A DNA stretch of 45,828 nucleotides from Candidatus Magasanikiibacteriota bacterium (lineage in GTDB: Bacteria; Patescibacteriota; Patescibacteriia; Magasanikbacterales; UBA922). A program made the translations under genes and the position numbers. The stretch covers positions 1 through 45,828 of the forward strand of contig JBDRSF010000010.1 of the NCBI GenBank assembly GCA_043825135.1, written 5' to 3'. The notes beneath the pieces were generated by a model that saw only the letters and a program-made list of their open reading frames with translations, did no database searches and had not been told where the DNA came from. Shown here one piece after another: positions 17,550 to 27,352 of the stretch; the first letter of the stretch is position 1; every line of letters starts with the position of its first letter.

Positions 17550-18728
17550 ATGTTTACAGTAATTATCTTTATCCTAATTCTCGGTCTTCTTGTATTAGTT
17601 CATGAGTTTGGTCATTTTATCACTGCTCGTAAGTCAGGTATGAAAGTTTATGAGTTTGGTTTTGGGTTTCCCCCACGAGCTTTTGGTGTTTACAAAGATC
17701 CTGAGACTGGTAAATTTGTTTGGGTTTGGGGCAAAGGCAAGAGTAGTTTGAAAAAGACAGTATCTGGTACAGAAAACAAAGAAGATTTTGGTTTTCCTTC
17801 AACGATTTATTCTTTTAATTGGTTACCTTTGGGTGGGTTTGTACGCATTAAGGGTGAAAATGGCGAGGATGCCAATGAACCAGATAGTTTTGGTTTTCAA
17901 AAACCTTGGAAGAGAATTATAGTATTGGTATCTGGTGTTACCATGAATATTGTATTAGCCGGAATCTTGCTTTCTTTTGGATTTATGGTTGGTTTACCAA
18001 CTGACATGTCAGCTGGGGCTGACGATAGTGCAATTATTGTTCAGGAGCCACAAGTTTTGGTGCAAATGGTGGATAAAAATTCCCCAGCCGAGACAGCAGG
18101 ATTGAAATTAGGTGATGCCATTCTCCGCATTGATGATACTGATATAATAGGTTCAAATCAACTGGTTTCTTATGTTCGGGAAAATAATGATAGAGAATTA
18201 AATTTATTAGTATTAAGAAGTGGTGAGGAAATGAATTTTGCGATAACCCCAGAGATTGTAAAAAGTGGTGAAGCTAATGCTAGATTAGGAGTGATGTTAG
18301 CAGATGCCGCTGTCATTCGTTATCCTTGGTATCTAGCTTTTGGTAAAGGTTTTGTGGCAGCATTTTGGGGCTTTATAAATATTTTTGTTACCTTTTATTA
18401 TCTAATCAAATATTTGATTTTAGGACAAGGTTTGGTCTATGATGTGTCTGGTCCAGTAGGAATTGCCAAAATAGTGGGTGATAGTGCTAGATTAGGTATT
18501 AGCTATTTAATAAATGTGACAGCTATGTTGTCGTTATCTTTGGCAGCTATTAATATTTTACCAATTCCAGCTCTTGACGGTGGTAGAATTTTATTTATTC
18601 TAATAGAAAAAATTATCCGCCGACCAGTACCAATGAAATACGAACAAATTGCCCACACTCTCGGTTTTGTTTTGCTGATGCTTTTGATTGTGGTTGTAAC
18701 TGCTCGCGATGTGATTGGATTATTTTAA
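17550..18728 (+). CDS. rseP: RIP metalloprotease RseP (M50, PDZ)
   Basis: HEFGH, PDZ domain, NILPIPALDGG. Confidence 0.94.
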   Translation: MFTVIIFILILGLLVLVHEFGHFITARKSGMKVYEFGFGFPPRAFGVYKDPETGKFVWVWGKGKSSLKKTVSGTENKEDFGFPSTIYSFNWLPLGGFVRIKGENGEDANEPDSFGFQKPWKRIIVLVSGVTMNIVLAGILLSFGFMVGLPTDMSAGADDSAIIVQEPQVLVQMVDKNSPAETAGLKLGDAILRIDDTDIIGSNQLVSYVRENNDRELNLLVLRSGEEMNFAITPEIVKSGEANARLGVMLADAAVIRYPWYLAFGKGFVAAFWGFINIFVTFYYLIKYLILGQGLVYDVSGPVGIAKIVGDSARLGISYLINVTAMLSLSLAAINILPIPALDGGRILFILIEKIIRRPVPMKYEQIAHTLGFVLLMLLIVVVTARDVIGLF

Positions 18729-18748
18729 GTTTTTTTATTAAGATTTTT

Positions 18749-19162
18749 ATGTCTAATGAGCCAACAGATATAAAAGAAGGATTACTTCCTAAAAAAGTAA
18801 GAGAGCTTGTGGATAAATTTCTCCCCGATGAATTTTTTGATGAAGTAGAGGGTTTTGATACGAGTTTTAAGACAGGAAATACAATTAGAAAAGAAGAAGT
18901 AAGAAGGATGTTGGTAGATATGTTTTCTGATGAAAAAGAAAGAATGGATGATGCTAATGGTAAATATATGGAATTGCGAGTTGCTTTTCCTCATATTGCA
19001 GGAAGACCAAATCCAATTATCGCTCGTTTAGGATGGATATGTAAAGAGCTATCTAAGAGAGATTGGAAAAGATCATATGGAGAATCTATTGAGGGTATTA
19101 ATGTGGGAAAAGATAATGAAGTGGCTTATGCTGATTTTGGAAATAAAAATGGAAAAAAATAG
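18749..19162 (+). CDS. Hypothetical protein
   Basis: 137-aa ORF filling the rseP-pheS gap on the same strand. Confidence 0.65.
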   Translation: MSNEPTDIKEGLLPKKVRELVDKFLPDEFFDEVEGFDTSFKTGNTIRKEEVRRMLVDMFSDEKERMDDANGKYMELRVAFPHIAGRPNPIIARLGWICKELSKRDWKRSYGESIEGINVGKDNEVAYADFGNKNGKK

Positions 19163-19177
19163 ATAAAATTATTTTAT

Positions 19178-20209
19178 ATGAAAGCACAATTAGAAAAATT
19201 AAAAAAAGAATTTATAAAAGGCCTTAATGAAATCAAGGATGTTTTGCAGTTGGAAGAGTTGGAACAAAAGTTTTTTTCCCGCAAATCCGGTGAGATGACC
19301 GAGGCCATGAAGAGCTTGAAAAAACTATCAGGCGATGCCAAAAAAGAATTTGGTAAACTTGCTAATGAGGTAAAGAGAGAGTTAGAAGATTTGTATAGTA
19401 AAAAGAAGCAGGAAATTGAGAAAAATAAAATGGGAGATTTGGCTGATACAGAATGGATTGATGTTACTCAACCAAAGTTGCCTAAAGCAGAAAAAGGTCA
19501 TCTACATCCAGAGACTTTAGCACTAAGGGAGATGGAAGAGGTGGCAAGGAATATGGGATTTTTGGTTGAAGATGGACCAGAATTGGATAGTGACTATTTT
19601 TGTTTTGAAGCTTTAAATATTCCAGATAGTCATCCAGCTAGAGACTCGCAAGATACTTTTTATATCAAAGATCATCCGGAGTTATGCATGCGCCCTCATG
19701 TTTCTAATATGCAAGTTAGGTCGCTTCAAAAGTATGGCGCACCACTTAGAATTGCTTATCCTGGTCGTACATTTAGAAATGAAGCAACAGATGCTTCTCA
19801 TGATCACACTTTTTATCAGTTTGAAGCCTTGGTGGTGGATAAAGATATAAATGTTGGAAATTTGATTGGAATTATAAAAGAATTATTAGGTGGTTTGTAC
19901 AAGAAAGAGGTTGAGGTTCGTTTGCGTCCTGGATATTTTCCTTTTGTAGAACCCGGATTTGAGTTGGATATGAAATGTCTTATTTGCGAAGGTCAGGGCT
20001 GTGGTGCTTGTGGTCATGCTGGTTGGGTAGAGACTTTAGGCTGTGGTTTGATGCATCCGCGTGTTTTAGAAGCTGCTGGGCTCGATCCAAAAGAGTGGAG
20101 TGGATTGGCATTTGGTATGGGTCTTACTAGATTAGTTATGCAAAAATATAAAGTTGAAGATATACGGCATCTAAATAGTGGGGATTTGCGGTTTTTAAAG
20201 CAATTTTAA
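19178..20209 (+). CDS. pheS: Phenylalanyl-tRNA synthetase alpha subunit
   Basis: HPARDSQDTFY, FRNEATDASH, YFPFVEP, GLAFGMG, DLRFLKQF. Confidence 0.97.
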   Translation: MKAQLEKLKKEFIKGLNEIKDVLQLEELEQKFFSRKSGEMTEAMKSLKKLSGDAKKEFGKLANEVKRELEDLYSKKKQEIEKNKMGDLADTEWIDVTQPKLPKAEKGHLHPETLALREMEEVARNMGFLVEDGPELDSDYFCFEALNIPDSHPARDSQDTFYIKDHPELCMRPHVSNMQVRSLQKYGAPLRIAYPGRTFRNEATDASHDHTFYQFEALVVDKDINVGNLIGIIKELLGGLYKKEVEVRLRPGYFPFVEPGFELDMKCLICEGQGCGACGHAGWVETLGCGLMHPRVLEAAGLDPKEWSGLAFGMGLTRLVMQKYKVEDIRHLNSGDLRFLKQF

Positions 20210-20212
20210 AAA

Positions 20213-20278
20213 CACAGATTTGTACATATTTTTCACAGATTTGACATATCACAGATTATACAAATTTAACAGATTTGT
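20213..20278. repeat. Left inverted arm (ACAGATT-type array, 7 units) of GxxExxY cassette 2
   Basis: cacagatttgtacatatttttcacagatttgacatatcacagattatacaaatttaacagatttgt. Confidence 0.85.
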
Positions 20279-20281
20279 TTT

Positions 20282-20695
20282 ATGGAGGAAAATTTTTTAG
20301 AGAAAGAATTGAGTTATAATTTAGTAGGATGTTTTTATAAAGTTAGAAATTTGTATGGGGTGGGACATAGAGAGAAGTTTTATGATGATGTTTTGGGAGA
20401 AATTTTGGAATATGAGAAATTGTCCTTTGTAGATAAACCAAGAATTCCACTGTATTCTGTATTAAGTGGTAGACAGGTTGGTTATAATATTCCGGATAAG
20501 TTGGTAGAAAATAAAATAATTGTGGAAATAAAAGCAAAGCCATTTTTTACAAAAGATGATATCAATCAAGCTACGGAGTATTTAAAGATAACCGAGTGTG
20601 AAATATTATATTTAGTTAATTTTAGCGAGCCAGAGTTTAGACCAAGGAGATTCATCTATACAAATAATCGCAAACCATTTTTAAATCTTAAATAA
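20282..20695 (+). CDS. GxxExxY protein (PD-(D/E)xK nuclease fold)
   Basis: GHREKFY motif; PDKLVENKIIVEIK; LYLVNF. Confidence 0.9.
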   Translation: MEENFLEKELSYNLVGCFYKVRNLYGVGHREKFYDDVLGEILEYEKLSFVDKPRIPLYSVLSGRQVGYNIPDKLVENKIIVEIKAKPFFTKDDINQATEYLKITECEILYLVNFSEPEFRPRRFIYTNNRKPFLNLK

Positions 20696-20754
20696 TTTGT
20701 CAGATCTGTAATATTTGTGATTTGTAAAATCTGTAAAGATCTGTCAAATCTGTT
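20694..20754. repeat. Right inverted arm (AATCTGT-type array, 7 units) of GxxExxY cassette 2
   Basis: aatttgtcagatctgtaatatttgtgatttgtaaaatctgtaaagatctgtcaaatctgtt; its reverse complement aligns unit-for-unit with the left arm. Confidence 0.85.
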
Positions 20755-20762
20755 ACTAATAT

Positions 20763-23282
20763 ATGTTATTAAGTTACAATTGGCTAAAAAATTACGTTGA
20801 TTTACCAGACTCTCTCTCACCAGAAGAGTTGGCTTTGAAATTGACAATGAGTACTGTTGAAGTTGAGGGTGTAGAAAAACAAGGCAAAGATCTTGAAAAT
20901 ATTGTAGTAGGACTTGTTAAGAAAGCTGAGAAACATCCTGATGCGGACAAATTGCAAGTTTGTACTGTTTACGATGGTGTGGAAGATTATCAAGTTGTTT
21001 GTGGTGGTTCAAATGTGATAGAAGGAATGAAAGTGGCTTTTGGAAAAATTGGTGCCAAAGTAAAGTGGCATGGTGAAGGTGAGCTTATTGAGCTTACTAA
21101 AGCAAAAATTCGTGGAGTAGAATCATTTGGTATGATTTGTGCATCTACTGAGATTGGTTTGGGTGAGATGTTTCCAGTGAAAGATGGGAAAGAAATCTTA
21201 GATTTGAGCTCCCACCACCCCGGCCTAAAGGCCACCCCTCCTCGGGCAGGAGGGGACAATATTGGTATGCCTTTGGCAGAGTTTCTAGGCTTAAATGATG
21301 TCATAATCGATATTGACAATAAATCCATGACGCATCGTCCAGATTTGTGGGGGCATTATGGTATGAGTAGAGAAGTGGCAGTGCTTTATCATAAAGAATT
21401 GGTGGAATATAATCCACCTTTGATTAAAAAAATAAAGAAAGCTGGAGGGACAGGTCGCGACCTGTCCGTACACGACCTGTCCGTACAAGTGCAAGATACA
21501 AAATTATGTCCGCGATATATGGCAGTAGTGATTGATGGGGTGAAGATCGTGCCGTCGCCAGAGTGGATGCAGAAGAAGTTAATTGCGGTTGGTTTGCGTC
21601 CGATTAATAATATTGTTGATATTACTAATTATATTTTGTTTGATCTTGGTCAGCCACTCCATGCTTTTGATAAATCAGCAATCAGCAATCAGCAATCAGC
21701 AGTCACGATTATTGTTAGGCGAGCCAAAAATGGTGAAGAATTTGTCACTCTAGATGATAAAAGCCACAAATTAACGAATGACGATTTGGTAATTGCTGAC
21801 AGTGAAAAAGCCGTGGCTTTGGCTGGGGTGATAGGTGGTTTAAACAGTGAAGTAAAAGATGATACTATAACTATAGTTTTTGAATCAGCTAATTTTGATG
21901 CACTGAATATCAGACGAACAGCGACTCGTTTGGGAATAAGAACTGATTCATCAGCTCGGTTTGAAAAGAGTTTAGATCCAAATAATTGTGAATTAGCTTT
22001 GAAACGTGCGGTTGAATTGACATTAGAGCTATGCCCAAATGCAAAAGTTGTAAGCAATGTTGTTGATGAAGCCAATTTTAATTTGAATCAAGGGCCAATA
22101 GAATTATCATTAGAATTTTTAAATAAAAAGATTGGTGTTGAATTGGAGAAAAAAGAAGTTGTAAAGATTTTGGAATCGCTTGGGTTTGGCATAAAAGAAA
22201 AGAAAGATGTATTATTGGTTGCTATACCAACTTGGCGTGCGACTAAAGATATTTCTATTCCTGAAGATTTAGTTGAAGAAGTCGCTAGAATTTATGGCTA
22301 TGGCAATATTCCAACAGTCTTACCAACTTTTCCAATTACACCACCAGAGAGAAATGAATTAAAGTTGCTGGAGAGAAAAATCAAAAATATATTAAGCTTG
22401 GAATTTGGTTTTAATGAAGTTTATAATTACTCTTTTATTTCACCAAAGTGGATTGAAATATTAGAACTAGATAAGGAAGATTTTATTGAACTAGATAATC
22501 CAATTGCAAAAGACAGACCATATTTGCGCCGAGGTCTGTGGCCAAATTTGTTAGAAAATGTAGAGAAAAATTTACATGAGTTTGATCAAGTAAAAATATT
22601 TGAAATTGGTCAGGTGTTTGATAAGCTTAACCCTGGTCAAAGAGCAAGTGATAATGGTGATGATTTGTTACCAAGGCAAGATTTGATGTTGGGAATGGTG
22701 TTTGCTGGTAAGGGATTTGATAAGCCGTTTTTTGAATTATCATCGGCTATGTCAGGAATTTTAGACCATTTTAATTGCACTTATGAATTAAAAGCTAAGA
22801 GTGAGATGGATGGAGAATTTATTCATCCGGGTCGTATAGCTGAGATAGTAGTTAATGGAGAAGTAATTGGTGCGGTGGCTGAGATACATCCAATTACATT
22901 AAACAAGATTGGCTTGGACGAGAGCACAGCGGTATTAGAAATTAGTTTACAAAAACTAGTAGAGCAAGTATTAGAAAAAAATAATTATCAAAAACTTTCA
23001 GTCTATCCTTCTGTCGAGCGGGATGTGGCTTTTCTAGTAGACAAAAAAATTTCTAATACAGAAATAATTGAGAAGCTAAAAAATATTGATGGATTAGTGA
23101 GAAATGTTGAATTGTTTGATGTTTATGAAGGTGATAAAGTTGGTGCTGGAAAAAAGAGTATGGCTTATCGTATTACATATCGTAGTGATGATAAGACTTT
23201 GGAGTCGGTTGAGGTTGATAAGGTTCACGATAAACTGGTTAAAATATTGGAGAAAGAATTTAGTGCTGAGGTGAGGAAATAA
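20763..23282 (+). CDS. pheT: Phenylalanyl-tRNA synthetase beta subunit, with three repeat-derived in-frame segments
   Basis: HPDADKL, RGVESFGMIC, NNIVDITNY, EDLVEEVARIYGY, C-terminal anticodon-binding domain (RDVAF...LFDVYEG). Confidence 0.97.
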   Translation: MLLSYNWLKNYVDLPDSLSPEELALKLTMSTVEVEGVEKQGKDLENIVVGLVKKAEKHPDADKLQVCTVYDGVEDYQVVCGGSNVIEGMKVAFGKIGAKVKWHGEGELIELTKAKIRGVESFGMICASTEIGLGEMFPVKDGKEILDLSSHHPGLKATPPRAGGDNIGMPLAEFLGLNDVIIDIDNKSMTHRPDLWGHYGMSREVAVLYHKELVEYNPPLIKKIKKAGGTGRDLSVHDLSVQVQDTKLCPRYMAVVIDGVKIVPSPEWMQKKLIAVGLRPINNIVDITNYILFDLGQPLHAFDKSAISNQQSAVTIIVRRAKNGEEFVTLDDKSHKLTNDDLVIADSEKAVALAGVIGGLNSEVKDDTITIVFESANFDALNIRRTATRLGIRTDSSARFEKSLDPNNCELALKRAVELTLELCPNAKVVSNVVDEANFNLNQGPIELSLEFLNKKIGVELEKKEVVKILESLGFGIKEKKDVLLVAIPTWRATKDISIPEDLVEEVARIYGYGNIPTVLPTFPITPPERNELKLLERKIKNILSLEFGFNEVYNYSFISPKWIEILELDKEDFIELDNPIAKDRPYLRRGLWPNLLENVEKNLHEFDQVKIFEIGQVFDKLNPGQRASDNGDDLLPRQDLMLGMVFAGKGFDKPFFELSSAMSGILDHFNCTYELKAKSEMDGEFIHPGRIAEIVVNGEVIGAVAEIHPITLNKIGLDESTAVLEISLQKLVEQVLEKNNYQKLSVYPSVERDVAFLVDKKISNTEIIEKLKNIDGLVRNVELFDVYEGDKVGAGKKSMAYRITYRSDDKTLESVEVDKVHDKLVKILEKEFSAEVRK

Positions 23283-23295
23283 ATAAATATTTTTT

Positions 23296-25782
23296 ATGAA
23301 TGAAGAAAGAAAAATACCAGAGTTGAAAGATGAGGGTGTTTTTTTGGAACCAGTAGAAAAAACCGGTATTTTTTTTGATACATTAGAAAAAATAAAAGCA
23401 TATAAAAAATGGAAAGAAGAGGTTGATCCGGATTTCAGGCATATCGTAGAAGCAAAACTGCAGGGTAAAAAAATAAAAATAGACAAAACAAATAGTCCTT
23501 TGGTTGGGGAGTTTTATGGTAGCTTTCAATTTTTGTTAGCTAATCCTGATTTTGAAGTTGGCGGGTTAGATATTGATAGTCGTGTCAAGAGACAACTTAA
23601 AAATTTACAAAAAGTAAAAATAAATGATCAGGGTGATACTGTAAATATTTTTAAGTTAATGACTAATTCTGATATTGATTTTGTTTTAAAACAAGATTTT
23701 TACAATAAAAAAATAAAAGCACGGGTTGATTGGTTGGAAGCTCAAGATAAAAAAGATGTAGAGAAATATAGTACAAAAAATGAAAAAACAGAGGTTACAG
23801 GAAGTAATGAGGATGATGAGTATGAGCCACATCGTCAAGCCAGCCAAGAACAAGAAGGAGAACCGAGTGAATCAATTGCAACAATCTTTCAATATTTTGG
23901 TGGGTATTACAAAGACGGTGTGTTTCCAAAATTTGATTCGCAAACCTTGAAATGGAGCAAGGATAAAACCACCTTTCAAGAATTACCTGAACAAAAAATT
24001 GATCAAGATAAAAAAAGAATGTATAGGACAGCAGTCAAATCTGGTAAAGTTCAAATAATTAAAATGCCATATAATTGGGCAGTAGATCAAGCAAATGTAA
24101 AATGGAGTGGAGACCAACCTGATGAGTTCAATTTTTTTCAAGACCAAAATGGTCTCAGTTATATAAAAGTTAGGGGAGATGCTGTAGAATATGAATTACA
24201 AATTGATATAGGGCTGACTAAGGATAATTTAGTTGTGGTTGACTCAGATCAGCAAGTTAAAGATGTTGCAGATATTTTTTCAGAAGAATTAAATCAGTTT
24301 ATTATTGATATAAAAACTGCTAGAATTCCAGAAATACAAAAAGCCAGAAAATTAGTTTCTTTTATTCGTTCTCACTTAGAGTATGACAAAGATGATGTGA
24401 GTCTGGATGCTTTTTATAAGCAAGATAGATCACAATATTTTGTAAAAATGTGGGAAAATAAAAAGGCAAAATGTGATGAGGCTAATACCATGGCAGTTCG
24501 TGCTTTAACAAAAGCCGGCTTTAACGCACAGTTGATTTCCGGACATAGTGTACAAGCGAAATCTAAAAAAGGCGAAGCATTGCTTTTGGATAATAATCGC
24601 CATGCTTGGTTGGAGGTTTTGGATAAAGAAAATAACAAATGGGTTCGTTTAGATGCAACTCCAAAAGGAGATCCAAATGTGGATGAAGAAGATCAGGAAG
24701 AGGATTTGGGATTGTCAGAAGGTGATTATAGTGAGCAGAGTGCAGATTTAATGTCTGAAGAAGAAATGGAAAAGATTTTGAAAGAATTGGAAAAAAAAGA
24801 AAAAGAAAAATCACAAAAACCAGAAATAATTTTTGCTAGAGAGGCTGGGTGCACACCAGAAGAAGCAATAAAAGTACTTGATAAAATTAAAGATTTACGA
24901 GAAAAATATAAAAAAGAGCTTGAAAGTTCCAATAATCATTGGAAAAAAGTTTTGCGAAAAAATCTGATAGATGAATTAGAATATAGTGGTCCAGTCAGGC
25001 AGAGTGAGGGTGATGATTTGGATGATCCAGTAGAAGCACGGATTGATGTGCGAGTGGGTGAAGATGATCCAAGTGGATTTGAAAAAGAATTTATAGAGCA
25101 AAAACAAGAAAAAATATTTGGTGGTTATGAAGTATATATTATGGCTGATATGTCTGGTTCTATGGATTGGGATCTAAATGGTATAAAAAAGTCAGAGGCA
25201 CAGAGAGATATGGTATTTTTGTTACTTGATAGTATTATGAGAAGTGCGGTAATGTCACGCAAAGCAGAAAAAAATCTGAAAACTCCTATGCCAAATAAAG
25301 TTTGTTTAGTAGTTTTTGGAGCAAAAACAGAAATTGTCTTACCTGTTACAGACAAATGGGGACCAGCCGAGCAGATAAAGGCGTATAAATCTTTGGATCA
25401 ATCTGCAAATGGCTCAACTCCTGATGACAAAGCTTTGAATATGATAAAAAGACAAATTGAAATAGCTACGGAAGAGGAAGAAAAGAGCAAAAAGAAAGTA
25501 TCAAAAAATAACAAAGATAATTGGAAAATGCATAGGTTTGTGATAGCAACTGCTGATGGCGGTTCGGATAATTATTCGCAGGTAAAATTACTAAATAATG
25601 AATTGCAAAATATGGGAATTCCAGTTGACCTATTTTTGATAAGTGACACAGAAGACGAGAATTTGTTAAAAACAGCCAGACAAACTTATCAAAGTGCAAC
25701 TCAAGTTTCAGATGTGCGTGATTTGGCAGGACAGTGCTTAGATACTTTGACGGATCGGATCAAAGAGGTTTATGGTAAATAG
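23296..25782 (+). CDS. Transglutaminase-like plus von Willebrand factor A domain protein
   Basis: Cys-His-Asp triad motifs AKCDEAN...HAWLEV...WVRLDATP; acidic linker; MIDAS DMSGS, TPD, TADG. Confidence 0.85.
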   Translation: MNEERKIPELKDEGVFLEPVEKTGIFFDTLEKIKAYKKWKEEVDPDFRHIVEAKLQGKKIKIDKTNSPLVGEFYGSFQFLLANPDFEVGGLDIDSRVKRQLKNLQKVKINDQGDTVNIFKLMTNSDIDFVLKQDFYNKKIKARVDWLEAQDKKDVEKYSTKNEKTEVTGSNEDDEYEPHRQASQEQEGEPSESIATIFQYFGGYYKDGVFPKFDSQTLKWSKDKTTFQELPEQKIDQDKKRMYRTAVKSGKVQIIKMPYNWAVDQANVKWSGDQPDEFNFFQDQNGLSYIKVRGDAVEYELQIDIGLTKDNLVVVDSDQQVKDVADIFSEELNQFIIDIKTARIPEIQKARKLVSFIRSHLEYDKDDVSLDAFYKQDRSQYFVKMWENKKAKCDEANTMAVRALTKAGFNAQLISGHSVQAKSKKGEALLLDNNRHAWLEVLDKENNKWVRLDATPKGDPNVDEEDQEEDLGLSEGDYSEQSADLMSEEEMEKILKELEKKEKEKSQKPEIIFAREAGCTPEEAIKVLDKIKDLREKYKKELESSNNHWKKVLRKNLIDELEYSGPVRQSEGDDLDDPVEARIDVRVGEDDPSGFEKEFIEQKQEKIFGGYEVYIMADMSGSMDWDLNGIKKSEAQRDMVFLLLDSIMRSAVMSRKAEKNLKTPMPNKVCLVVFGAKTEIVLPVTDKWGPAEQIKAYKSLDQSANGSTPDDKALNMIKRQIEIATEEEEKSKKKVSKNNKDNWKMHRFVIATADGGSDNYSQVKLLNNELQNMGIPVDLFLISDTEDENLLKTARQTYQSATQVSDVRDLAGQCLDTLTDRIKEVYGK

Positions 25783-25993
25783 AATGTCTTGAAATGTAAT
25801 AGATTCCTCGGGGTTTTACTCAGGGGTAATCCACGTTTACACTAGGAGTGGTCACTTCTGTGAGATCCATACTCTTCACTATATACACAGGATAGATAAA
25901 AAAATTGTATTTTAAAAATATTTTTCTTTCAATACCTCCAGCCTTTGGCTGGGGGATGGAGTACGACTATCGTTTAAAAGATTATTTACTTTA

Positions 25994-26050
25994 TTGACAA
26001 CAAAATATAGATAATGTACAATGGAAGTAAGAGTATTTATTACTTCCATT
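25994..26050 (+). promoter_or_regulatory. sigma70 promoter with overlapping inverted-repeat operator upstream of abiEi
   Basis: TTGACA (25994)-17 bp-TACAAT (26017); AATGGAAGTAA-N9-TTACTTCCATT (26020-26050). Confidence 0.7.
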
Positions 26051-26066
26051 AGACAAAAGTAAAATT

Positions 26067-26636
26067 ATGGATAATTTAATCGCAAAATTATATCAAGTAA
26101 ATAAAACTGTTTTTAGAACTAAAGATCTATCTTTGGTCTGGCAAGAAATAAATTCTAACAATCTTAAAGCTAAAATGACGTACTATGTAAAACGGGGCGA
26201 TTTACTTCGTCTTACTCGAGGTATTTTTGTGTTGAACAAAAAATACAACAAAAGAGAGTTGGCTGGTAGCGTGTATACTCCAAGTTATATTAGTTTTGAA
26301 ACTGTTCTTAGAGATGAAGGTATTATTTTTCAACACTATGATACCATTTTTGTTGCCGGACCTTTTTCAAAAACTACTAATGTAGACGATAATAAAATGG
26401 TTTTTAGAACTTTAAAAAAAATAGTTTTATATAATTCCGCTGGTGTTATAAATAAAAATGGTTTTAGTATTGCTACAAAAGAGAGGGCATTTTTGGATAC
26501 AATTTATTTATTTCCAAATTATTATTTTGATAATCTTAAAAAAATTAATTGGGATAAAGTTTTTGAGCTGGTAAAGATTTATAATAATAAAGAATTAATA
26601 AAACGAGTAAAAAAATATTATTTTTATGCTAAATAA
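26067..26636 (+). CDS. Type IV TA antitoxin, AbiEi-like
   Basis: N-terminal wHTH (LLRLTRGIF), PSYISFETVL, IATKERAFLD; overlaps the AbiEii gene. Confidence 0.8.
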   Translation: MDNLIAKLYQVNKTVFRTKDLSLVWQEINSNNLKAKMTYYVKRGDLLRLTRGIFVLNKKYNKRELAGSVYTPSYISFETVLRDEGIIFQHYDTIFVAGPFSKTTNVDDNKMVFRTLKKIVLYNSAGVINKNGFSIATKERAFLDTIYLFPNYYFDNLKKINWDKVFELVKIYNNKELIKRVKKYYFYAK

Positions 26637-27348
26637 AGAAAAACATGCACTTATAATGGGACAGATTTTGAAAGATATTTATTCTGATATTTTTTTGGCA
26701 TCTTTACTTGGTTTTAAGGGTGGTACCTGCGTGTATTTTTTTTATGATCTGCCACGATTCTCAGTAGATTTGGACTTTGATTTACTGTCTTTTGAAGAAA
26801 ACAAAAGACAAGAAGTTTTTATAAAAATTAAAAATATTTTAGTGAAGTATGGACAAATAAAAGATAGTCATATCAAAGAAAATACAATTTTTTATTTACT
26901 TTCCTATGGGGATAATGATCATAATATTAAAATTGAAATAAGTACAAGAGATTTAATAAAGAATATAAAGGATTTTTACGAATTAAAAGAACATTTGGGG
27001 ACATCATTGTTTATAGCAAAAAAAGATTATATGTTTTCCAGTAAACTGGTTGCACTAATTGGACGTAATAATATTGCTATGCGTGATGTTTATGATATTT
27101 ATTTCTTTGCAAAAAATAACTGGGTTATTAACAGTGAAATTATTTTGTTATGGACAGGCAAAAGTATCGGTGAATACTTATCAGATTGTATGAAAACAAT
27201 AGAAAAAATAAAAGAAAACGAAATTTTGGCTGGATTAGGAGAACTTGTAAATGAAAAAGAAAAAAAATGGATAAAAGAAAGTTTGCGAGAAGAAGTTATT
27301 TTTTTATTAAAAAATTACAAATTCACATTACAAAAAACTAATATATAA
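26626..27348 (+). CDS. Type IV TA toxin, AbiEii/AbiGii nucleotidyltransferase
   Basis: FKGGT, RFSVDLDF, KLVAL..R...RDVYDI. Confidence 0.9.
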   Translation: MLNKEKHALIMGQILKDIYSDIFLASLLGFKGGTCVYFFYDLPRFSVDLDFDLLSFEENKRQEVFIKIKNILVKYGQIKDSHIKENTIFYLLSYGDNDHNIKIEISTRDLIKNIKDFYELKEHLGTSLFIAKKDYMFSSKLVALIGRNNIAMRDVYDIYFFAKNNWVINSEIILLWTGKSIGEYLSDCMKTIEKIKENEILAGLGELVNEKEKKWIKESLREEVIFLLKNYKFTLQKTNI

Positions 27349-27352
27349 AAAT

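Noticed and set aside
19975-20015. CxxC...CxxC motif in PheS as a novel insertion
   Set aside because: This zinc-binding-type segment is common in PheS of many bacterial lineages
25805-25960. IS200/IS605-end-like hairpins upstream of abiEi (e.g. cctccagcc-ttt-ggctggggg)
   Set aside because: Single short hairpins with no matching partner or transposase nearby; could be a terminator
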